From Styela clava (lineage: Eukaryota), in the NCBI RefSeq assembly GCF_964204865.1, contig NC_135252.1, forward strand, positions 3,720,001 to 3,784,000: a stretch of 64,000 nt of DNA, read 5' to 3'. Both the position numbers and the translations under genes were made by a program. The notes beneath the pieces were generated by a model. The model made no database searches, was not told where the DNA came from, and saw only the letters and a program-made list of their open reading frames with translations. Below, piece after piece: positions 54,018-64,000 of the stretch; positions within the stretch are counted from its first letter, which is position 1; each line of letters begins with the position of its first letter.

Positions 54018-55269
54018 GGTTGGCCACCCCTGATATACTGTATTACATATGTTTCACTGCTATACTGACAGAAAATTTGCATGGCAAAATTTGAGGAAAA
54101 TTTAACAACCGGAGGGATAGACCAGGCTCAAGTTGGTCCAAACCCTATCATGCTGATACATTCTGTGCGGCCCACAGAACAATTATAGCGTATATTTGTA
54201 TCTAATAGTAGAACGTTTTAGAGTTTTATCTTAACTATTCCAACCGGGGTTGGGATCCCAAGATTCAAACCTTTTTTTCTAACGCTTCGTGCCTTTATTT
54301 TAGTAAAAACACTTCTCTGTTTTCAAGCGTGGGCCATGTGACAATAGTGACGAAACGCAGAGCCGACTTAACGCCGCGCTAACCAGGTTTTTCAGGTCCC
54401 GAAATACCAACTTCGACGTACTTGGTTGTTATTTGACGATGGCACCAAGCTTGCTCACGCTGCAAGATTTTATATTACTCAAATATATATAACAATTCGT
54501 AATTAATTAAATGAGTGTCACAAGAAAGGTGACATGAGGAAAACACGGCGGAAACGTATTTCCTTGCCCATCACACAGTATCTGGTTTGATTTCAAGTAA
54601 TATCTGTCAAGAAAGAATATAATTTGAAGCGACATTAAACGCAAGATGCGGAATATACAACGGTAGTTCTCGAGAATTAATTTTAAAATAACTGAGGGCT
54701 TTATATATATATCTTTTAAGACTGCCATCCATGCAACATAATAATAATCTGATTAGAACGGTGAACTCTCGTTGTTTATTAAATTGAAAGTAATTAAACT
54801 CCCGATATTTCGATCACTTTTGGGTTTTCTCCGCCTTGCGGCCAGTGAGACCTCCTCAAAAGTTTTTGCGGTCCTCCAACCTAGCAACCTGAGATAGACT
54901 ACTAGGTACCGGTTAAATTTCAAACCCAGTTGTGACTTGTATCCCTTGGTATTTCGACCCACGTTGAGACTGGAGGCATGAATCTTCATTGTCATACTCC
55001 CTCAGGATTAGAACTCGCCCGATATTGCGTGTTTGCCAATATATCATATCGGCAGTAAACGACCGATATATATCTCGGCTATATATAACAGTTGAGAAAC
55101 CTAAAAATGTTAGTAAAAGTTGTTTTTTTTACCTTTGGTTGTGGTTATTTTTATTGGATGATACACATATGTGGTTTATTGTTTTTATAAATAAATTACA
55201 CATAAGGGGGCACCAAAGTCTTCAGTGCCCAGGGCACCAAAGGGGCATAATCCGCCCTCGCTGCTCAGC

Positions 55270-55826
55270 TTCTGAAAAAAAAAATACATCAAAATTGAAC
55301 GTTCGGCAATAGTCGAGGAATATAACAGACATATGGCGGTGGAGATCTTTGTGATATGCTGTTGTCCTTGTATCGGATCAGAAATCGTACTACCAAGTGC
55401 TATTCACACCTCGTGTATTATCGTCTTGAAATATCTGTTGTGAATGGTTGGCTATTAAATCGGCGCCACTGTGATCAGGCCGAAATATCTTCAAATATGG
55501 ACTTGTGCCCCACATTTAAATCTCGTATCGCAAAAGCTCTAATCCTATCTGGAAAAGAGCTACCACTTCGTCGTGGAAGACCACTATTATCACCACATGA
55601 GTCACCACAACAATCCAACAGAGGCCGCAACCCAGCAACACAAATTCCCGGGGATGACGTGGGTTTCGACCGATCTGGACATTTTCCTTATTTTACAAGC
55701 ACTCAAAAAAGATGTAGATTTTGTAGAAAGGGGTTTTCACACATTGTGTACAAAAAGTGTAACGTACAACTTTGCTTGTCGAAGCGGAGAAATTGCTTTG
55801 AAAACTTTCACATAAAAAGAAAATGA
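55270..55826 (+). pseudogene. piggyBac transposase fossil, C-terminal part with Cys-rich domain
   Basis: IVEEYNRHM(G)GGDLCDMLLSLYR (the YN..MGGVD motif, frameshifted); SVVNGWLL; HFP...KRCRFC...CNVQLCLSKRRNCFENFH. Confidence 0.85.
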
Positions 55827-55893
55827 AAATGAGAACTTTTTTAAGACTTTAAGATAATATACCCAATTTCGTTGCTATGTTTAGGTGTGTAAT

Positions 55894-56237
55894 TAGGATA
55901 GGATAGGATTTACATATTTATCCCGGGAGAGAGGAAAGCCGATAAGACGACTTAATCATATGGCGAACCACGGTCTCTCGCCCGGTTACCAGTCCAGGTC
56001 AGGTATGGGATTAGTTAGCGAGATATTTGTTTTCGAAGCATGGACTTGATGGTGAAGGAAGCCGTAACCGACCAGCGGTTTAGTGAACCACCGTACGGCG
56101 GCGAGAAGTCCAGCAATCCTCTCGCACATGAGCATCCCCGCATGGGATTCAAACCTGCGATCCCACGAAGGGTAATCAGAGATGCGGTGGCGAGCGTATT
56201 CTTAGCGCTTAGCACGATGCGCCACACCGCCGAGCCG
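55894..56237 (-). mobile_element. Full-length tRNA-derived SINE (~340 bp)
   Basis: On the minus strand: A-box-like ggtgtggcgcatcgtgctaagcg, B-box-like ggtttgaatccc and an (ATCCT)n tail; at least four other partial copies in the window. Confidence 0.8.
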
Positions 56238-57037
56238 TTAATTGTAAATTAGGCTATAAGTTATTTCATTGTGTCAGAAAAGTTTTTATAAATTTTGCTC
56301 GGAACTATTTTGTCATGATGCTGTTCCCAAACAAAGTCGCAGATCTACATGATGACATCACTGAAAAGTCATAAACGGAAGGGATTTATATTATACTCCT
56401 CAGTGTCGTGGATACCTAATCGCTTGCGCCATCTTGCGATTCAATTTATTTCGACCACACTTACCACTTTACGACATACAGCTGCGGGTTGCCGTTTTGC
56501 GGCTTGGGCAAGGCTAAAAAGCACATACAGATATACGACTCGGGTAAGGCTGGTTTTCCTATTACAGTGTTAAATTATATTAGTACAGTGGGATTCAGGT
56601 ACCTATGAAGAGAATAGCAGCAGCTTCAATTATAACTTCACTGACTTTCATATTGCACTGTCTGAGTGTGCATTCTGATTCTGACACTGACATGCTGACA
56701 TGTCACATACAGACATAATGCAATAACTGAATGTTAGATTCGCATGGAACCGGAAGCAGCTGAACTCAGTTATAATGTCAATGACAACACAATGACAAAC
56801 TAATGGAATACCAACAAGGGGAGTACTGGCTTATGAATCATGCGAAAATGAAAAGAACATTAAGGAAACATAACAGAATCCTAAGATTTTGAATCAGGAA
56901 TATCTGAATATGGAGAAATGTATGGAATGCAAATAGTCTACTGCAAATGCTTTAAAATAAAATTTTACTTAAATAGTAAATGAGAATTCAAACCCTTTTC
57001 AATTTTCTTTTACCATCTTAGATTTAATTTAACTAAC

Positions 57038-58067
57038 GTACGTTACCCTATTATCGCCACTTTTTATTACAATCCATCCGAAGTCTATCTACTTCTGGTT
57101 ATAATTTCTCTATATTGTCTCTGAACATTAGCTACCGATCGGAGGAAAAAATGCCAACAGCAGCGAGTCGCGAAATGGATTTGCTATAGCGACACCTCAC
57201 GAATATAGCGGAAATGTGGGTATGGCGATAATAGGAACTACGATTATCCTATTATCGCCACTCATGTCAAACTTTTTTTTCAATAGCTTTTCTCTTTAAA
57301 TACATAATCATTTGCTATGAAATTTTCAATGATTGAAGAGTGTTGCTGCTGCTAGAAGGTTATTACTTTTATTTATTTCAAACATTCATGTAGGCCCTAC
57401 GAGATTTGTTTTTCACTTCAAAATTTTATATGATGACATCATCAAAATTAAAAAATGCGCATCGTAGCATGGTGGTTCTGCGATCACATTTAGGCGATCT
57501 GGCGGTCAGCGAAATCGGGAGTTTTTTTAATAAATGAGATAACTGTTACTGTGAAAGATTTGATAACACTTCTTTTTAGTATTTATCCTCACGTTATTGA
57601 GCATTGCTGTTTTGTTTTTTCTCGATTTTTCCGGTTCTCCCTTTTGGCGAGCCAAATTTTTTTTATCCTATTATCGCCACCCTGCGGATACAATAATCAA
57701 CAACAGCACGATATTTACAAACACTTCCCATTTCAAACTTGATTCAACGTCGATCTAACACTGACTGACAAAAACTAAAATAAATAAACACTGTCGCGCT
57801 ATTTTGGGCTGCTAATTAGTAATTACCGCCCTCCCAAAAAGTTGGCCGAGCGTGATATCAGCTGATTTTTACATTTTACAAAAATTTATGTTTTTATTGA
57901 AATGTCTTTACGCCACCGGGTGACAGAATATGTTTAATATTTATCACTTATGACGTCGCAATCCGAAAACAACTCATATTCAGCGCTATCTGAAAGTGCG
58001 ACTGCAGCAGGGCGATTCTGAAGGCGTGTGGTGAAAATTGGCGAATGGCGATAATAGGGTAACGTAC
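57038..58067. mobile_element. ~1-kb non-autonomous TIR element upstream of calcineurin B
   Basis: Perfect 22-bp inverted repeat gtacgttaccctattatcgcca / tggcgataatagggtaacgtac (may include a TA TSD); internal copies of the core cctattatcgcca. Confidence 0.8.
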
Positions 58068-58580
58068 ATTATGTATGTATCTCAAACTACTCTATCACCT
58101 TTTTAGTAATGCCCAATCAGCGTAACCTTTTGTGGCTATCTTTATTCTCTTATCACATTGTATTCCACACATTATCTGTGAATCAGATTGAATTATAAGA
58201 TTGAGTGTTTTAAAAGTACAACAACCCGAAAGTGCAAAACATTCCAGCATTTGCATATTTTTTGTTTGTTCTGGCCCAAGCCTTGTTTAACTAGGTTTGT
58301 GATTTTGTAATTTTTTGTGTATGATGGTGATATTTCTCATGTTTCGAAAGTTTTACGGTACTTGCACTCGAGAATTTTATGTGTTCAATTTATGTGTATT
58401 ATGGAGTTTTCAAAATATTTTATATATCTACATACATTGTCACTGAAGTGATTGAAGAAATTTTGAAATCGATATTGTTGTGAAAAAGTTGTTAGCTATG
58501 ATGATCATTTTACTAACTACTATCTTTCCTCTAAATTCAGTAATATTTTATATAGTTCCAAATTGCTATTAAATAGAAAA

Positions 58581-59093
58581 ATGGGGAATGACTTATCTTT
58601 ACCGATGGAAATGTGCTCTCATTTTGACCCGGAAGAAATTGCCAGATTGGGGAAGCGATTTCGAAAACTTGATCTTGACAACTCTGGTTCTCTGAGTGTT
58701 GAAGAATTTATGTCTCTACCAGAACTGCAACAAAATCCTCTTGTGCAACGAGTAATTGATATTTTTGACCAGGATGGAAATGGAGAAGTGGATTTCCGAG
58801 AATTTATCGAAGGAGTTTCTCAATTCAGTGTGAAAGGTGACAAACAGTCCAAGCTGAAGTTTGCATTTAGGATTTATGACATGGATCATGATGGCTTTAT
58901 CTCCAATGGCGAACTTTTCCAAGTGTTGAAAATGATGGTTGGAAGCAATCTCAAAGACTCACAGCTACAACAGATTGTTGATAAGACAATCATTTATGCA
59001 GACCTTGATGGCGATGGTAAAATTTCATTTTCTGAGTTTTGCGCCATGGTCGATACTCTTGATGTTCATAAGAAAATGGTGGTAGATGTATGA
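58581..59093 (+). CDS. PPP3R1: Calcineurin subunit B (4 EF-hands), 170 aa, intronless CDS
   Basis: MGNDLS myristoylation-type start at ATG 58581; [42 protein letters not shown]...[10 protein letters not shown]. Confidence 0.97.
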   Translation: MGNDLSLPMEMCSHFDPEEIARLGKRFRKLDLDNSGSLSVEEFMSLPELQQNPLVQRVIDIFDQDGNGEVDFREFIEGVSQFSVKGDKQSKLKFAFRIYDMDHDGFISNGELFQVLKMMVGSNLKDSQLQQIVDKTIIYADLDGDGKISFSEFCAMVDTLDVHKKMVVDV

Positions 59094-60018
59094 TTATATA
59101 TATGTATATATTTCGCATGTTTAAATTATATCTGAACAAAAGTATAGATGGGTATTTAAAATGAAGCAGGTATTATATTATTGTTTGCACCAACAACTGT
59201 ATGTGGAAAATACATATTACACATTTTATGGGCTGTTGCTTTTGCAATCATGCATTGCAAATAGATTGCCGATATATTATCAATTTCTTACTGTTGTGAT
59301 ATGTAAGTATTTCAATTTACTTGCTGTACTGAATGTTATATTTGGTTGACATATTGGTAATGCAGATGCCCCTACTATTAAATTTTCCTGAATATATGTT
59401 TTAGGTTTATGTAGCATAGATATGTTTGATATCAAGACTTGTGAGTTTGTTTGTGAAATGTATTCTTCTGCCATGTATGTTCAGTGTTTTGTCTTATATT
59501 ATAAAGAGATTATTTGTGAATTGCCATTATTTCTATAATACTTGATCATAATAAGGTTTCATTCAGATCTATTTTCATTTGAATTGGTCAAAGTCATTGA
59601 CAGAAAAAATTCTACAAATGAATGTCATTTAAAGCTTATTAGCCCAATACGTTTTAATGGACTACAGAATTACGAGTTTAGAGATTCCGATAGTCTGCCT
59701 AATAGAACCTTGACAAAAGGTGTCTTCCATTTATTCTTCATTTCATGTGCCTTATATTTTGAATGTTTTTTATCAGACCTAGTGTATAATCTTATTAGAT
59801 TATAAAAAAATACCTAAAACATGTTGCGTTTCTATATGTGATGCTGTCTCAATATTTGCACTGTATGTCTTCTGATTTTCAAAGTGATGTCTGTAATCTT
59901 GTTTATATGTATTTGTAGGTTTTATATATTATATTTGTTGTTATTATTGCAAACACTAAATGTATTTATCTGTGATGTTTAATTTTTTCAGGTTTATAGG
60001 GAAAATAATATATGTAAT

Positions 60019-62703
60019 ATGGAGTTGTCTGAATTGCAGCAACTAAGTTATTTGATTGAGAGTTTAACAACAAGTTCTAAATCTGAGCTTGACAAAGTCA
60101 ATTTGAAGAAACTGAAGTCAATGTGTAAAAAATCAAATGAATACGTTGAACATGCATTTCGATTATTGTTCACTCAATTGGAAATTGATCATTCAGAAGT
60201 ACGCTTGAATGCAGTATTAATAGTTGATGAATTGTTTCAACGATCTCATGCATTTCGAGAGCTCTTATTAGACAATTTAACCAATTTTCTCGAATTGACT
60301 GCTGGAATTAATTTTGATATGCCCTTACCAGAACCAACTGGTGCTGCCAAAGAACTCATGAAAAAATCTGTAAAATGTGTACACGCTTGGCACCAAAAAT
60401 ATGGTCCTGCCTACAAGAAATTGGTTCTTGGATATAATTTTTTAAAGAGCTCAAAAAAGATACAGCTGGTCAATGCTGATGAGGTTCAAACTCAAATACA
60501 GAGGAATGCTTTGGAGGAGAGAAAGAGAAAAAAGGATGAACATAATAAGAAAAGACTTGAAAAACTGACCACTGACATCGAAAATAACATAATGGATATT
60601 AAAAGCTGTCTTGCTGAAATGGAAGCTTGTTTTACTCTGTTGGTTCCCAAATTTGATGATGATGATGAGACTAATGAACCAGGGGAACAGAGTCAAACTG
60701 ACGAAAGTCGCCAAACTGGATTCTTGTCCCATAGTTACAACATTGAATTAGATCTTTCCAAGGATATATTCGAATTTATGAGAGTGAATCGTACTGAAGA
60801 CAATGCAGTTATACTGGAAAATTTAAGAGACCGAGAAAAGATAATGAAAAATGTTCATTTGCCTAAGGTTAGGAAATGGCTGGCTCATCTGGGTATGTGT
60901 GGTGCTCCAAGTGAGCTGTTGAAACAAATAATTGATTTGAAGACGGCCATCACAAAATGTATTGAAAAGAATAAAGATATGATAGTATCAGCTGATCAAC
61001 CTTCCACTAGTGGAGTTTCGTCAAACAATATCTTACATGAAGAGTCTGAAGACTCTAGTGACGATGATTTTGAAGAAGTTTTAGAAAAACCAAAGCTATT
61101 TAACAGCCATGCATCCCAGAATATAAATACTGATGTTAATAAAAAAATAACAGCAATTGATACAAGCAAAAAAGAATCTTTTAAATTATCGTCCAATGAT
61201 ATAAATGTTTGGAAACCAATTAGAAGTGATGACAACTTAAATGACCCCACTTCCTATTCTAGAGCTCTTGCGGTTCAAAAAGAGCAGTTGGAATCTCTGA
61301 AAAGGGATAATACCACTTCTGATAGTTTTTCTCCACCTAAGATTGCGAAGATTCATCCAAAATCATTAAAATTAAAACAGTCAACTAGCAAATTAGGCAA
61401 CAGACAAACAAAGGCTGAAATTCCTGCCCCCATTGTTTCATTTGGGCCTGATCTCCTGGAATGGGATGAATCTAAAAAACAAGAGTTGAAGGAAACTTTA
61501 AGTATGGGAGCTGCAAAAGCCTTAGATATAGGGCACAGGTTGGTATCAGTTGGTGATAAATATTTTTTATACCTGTTCTGTATTTTTTTGATGAGCATTT
61601 TAGTTTGGTCAATTGAATTAAACTTCATATTTTTTCATTACTCGCTCAACGTTATTTTTTTGTACTCATAGTTGTCAAATAATCCACTCAGAATACTGCC
61701 CAGAATATATTGATGGTTATTTTTTATGCATAATGATTTACCATTGAATTTACTATAAATTTTGTTTCCCTAATAAGGATTCATAAGCTATTAGCCCACT
61801 GATGTTCTGTATGACTGAATGTTGACCTTTTTAGTGCTGATTTATTATTCCATTCAGGCATTCATACTAAATGTTGGAAATATTCTGCTGCAGAAAAGTA
61901 TTTTATTGTTATTAAGCATCAATATTTTTACTGCAGATGAGCATGCAAAACCTAAATAGGACACTGAGCATCTGCTCGCATCCGTATTTTAAAAAGTTTA
62001 ATGAAGCTATCACATTTGCTTAGTTGAATGAATCAAATGAAGCGAAAGAGATGCTTGTGATCTGAAGATGCTGTATTAACTGTATCAATATTTAAAAAGT
62101 ATATATTAGAGTATTTTTTATTTTTTTTAATCTTGTTTTGGCAGGTTTTGGTCTGCAGACACAGCTTCAAGAGGGGATGCAGTTTCGGAAGCCGCTCTGA
62201 CAGCATTAACAACAAGGAGTATAGCATTTACTGGAGAATTTGAACCTGTAAAGTGGAGTTGCCGGGCTCCATTGCCTAGTGGTAGACTATGTCCCCGTAA
62301 AGATCGGCACAAGTGCCCTTTTCATGGAAAAATCATTCCGAGAGATCCCAATGGTAATCCTACTGATCCTGAAGATATTAAGAAGATAAAGAAGGACAGT
62401 AACGAAACTGACACCACTGAGCAATGGCAAGATCCAGCTCTTTTAAGGGAACTAAAAGCGATAACAGGAATTGATTTGAAGATGCCAGATAAAAAAGGCA
62501 CGAAAAGGAAGAAAAAGGGCAAGAAGGAGAAATATGAAAACTTGACAAATGTTAAAGATATAAAGGACACTAGCCGACATCGATTGGAGAAAAAAGTTTT
62601 AGATCCAAAGAGTATTAAAAGAGTCTCTGAGACATTGGAAAGAATTGAAACAAAAAGGAACATGCAAAAATTTGGAAATAATTTCAATTATGCATTAAAC
62701 TAA
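60019..62703 (+). CDS. UVSSA: UV-stimulated scaffold protein A; exons 60019-61538 and 62145-62703, 692 aa
   Basis: VHS-like N-terminus (HSEVRLNAVLIVDELFQRSHAFRELL); the phase-2 splice restores HRFW; zinc finger CRAPLPSGRLCPRKDRHKCPFHGKIIPRD; C-terminus FGNNFNYALN. Confidence 0.94.
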
Positions 62704-64000
62704 AAGCTCATTAATTTTCCTTTTTTTCATTAGGGACTGTTCAACCACTATACTCACTAGATCAACTGAACTAGAAATATTTTCAATTAAATAACAGCTA
62801 ATTAGATAACGAATTAAAAGTTCATGATTAAATACTGATTTATAGTCTTATGATTTTGATTGTATAACTTTTATCCTTAGGAAGCATGGAACCTACTATC
62901 CATATTATGAGACACTGGCTCTATGGATAAAACATACAACAATTGATGTCATTTCAAATACAAAATAATGAAATTTTAACAGAAGTAAACTTGAGTTTTT
63001 ATAGATGGTAAATGGGTCTAGGATTGCTTCATATGTATAAATATGGAGTACATAGTGTTTTTATGATTAATTACTGAAATGTTTACACTTGGAAATGCAC
63101 AAAAATTAATGGAGATGTGGATTGCTGAGAATGGATAATTTGTTATGACTGTATTGTATTGATATCTATATTATGGAAGTCTTACTATGTATGCCTGGTA
63201 AGTTTGATCAATGACATATGGATTCATTTATTCAATGACTAGTTTGCATGATAAGAATAATGATTTATTACCTTGTTGGTGATATCTTACAGGTATTCAT
63301 AATGATTTGATGAAATTTGTATTCTGCCAAGATGTCATTGATTCTAATGGTACAATACTTTGGTAATTTGTTGATCAGTAATTCAATACATAAACAACTT
63401 TTATTGGGTATGTGACAATTACTGTTTAATCTTGTTAATTGAGCTATCAATCAATATTCTAGTGCCAAAGTAAGCAAACATAACCGTAAATGTCAACTGG
63501 AATTTGAATCTCTTTTGTAACACTGATGGTTTTCTTTCTTTAAATCCCATAGTTTTCTTATTTTATTATGTGATTAGAATAGGGATGTATGAACTGATGT
63601 TGGTAGCACCGGACATGTTATTAAATTCAAAATTTTTCACCTCAACATTTTTACTTAGTTTTGCAATATTAATTATTATTTAATTGTAGAATAAATCAAT
63701 CTCAATAAAACTTATATTATAATTTCTTGCTTTTTTGTTTGTTTTGTTCTGTTTGCATTATAAATACATTTTTACAGTATTGTAACTTTAACCTACAGTC
63801 TACAGCTGTAGGAATTTTGATGATAGATGAAAATTAGGATTGGGAAGGCAATAATTACGGTATCACGTGCATCATGTTATTAATTTATAATACTTTTTTT
63901 TACGTAATGGACCAATTGGCTAGTTCCAATATATTTGATGAAAAGTTCAATACAACATATTTTAGTTGTGAAATCTTTTTATTTCATGTAATGAGTTTTA

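Larger units (their letters stand above)
45549..54032. mobile_element. hAT MITE (~0.57 kb own length) expanded by nested HINE and BEL/Pao insertions
   Basis: TIRs caagggtggccaac / ggttggccacccctg; TSD atatattg / atatactg; GATCGCG subterminal repeats at both ends. Confidence 0.8.

Noticed and set aside
56130-56237. tRNA gene
   Set aside because: It has A/B-box-like motifs but no complete cloverleaf, and it continues into a repeated body and tail; it is a SINE head.
58563-58580. N-terminal extension MLLNRK on calcineurin B
   Set aside because: It begins at TTG; the conserved myristoylated MG start is ATG 58581.
61539-61671. Hydrophobic C-terminal tail on the 550-aa UVSSA ORF
   Set aside because: It is read-through into the intron; splicing at 61538/62145 restores the conserved HRFW and zinc finger.

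Overview
This is AT-rich eukaryotic (metazoan) DNA with GT-AG introns. The compact, intron-poor genes suggest an invertebrate chordate such as an ascidian, but that is inference only. Host genes: MICAL-like (-), a 10-exon AIFM3-like Rieske/FAD oxidoreductase (+), BORCS8 (-), an MBD + HMG-like + CXXC chromatin reader (+), RBBP4/7 (-), calcineurin B (+) and UVSSA (+). The most unusual locus is an intronless ~3.6 kb reading frame (34097-37711) split by one in-frame TAG. It encodes a GlnD/GlnE/DUF294-type Pol-beta nucleotidyltransferase fused to TPR-like helical repeats, and it ends about 11 bp before a Helentron/DINE-1-type 3' terminus. Mobile DNA is abundant: a full-length but defective BEL/Pao LTR element (607-bp LTRs, GGTTG TSD) nested in a hAT MITE inside a piggyBac fossil, several hAT and Tc1/mariner-type MITEs, a tRNA-derived SINE family and a HINE/DINE-1-like family. 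There is also a 95-bp satellite with 4-mer higher-order structure.
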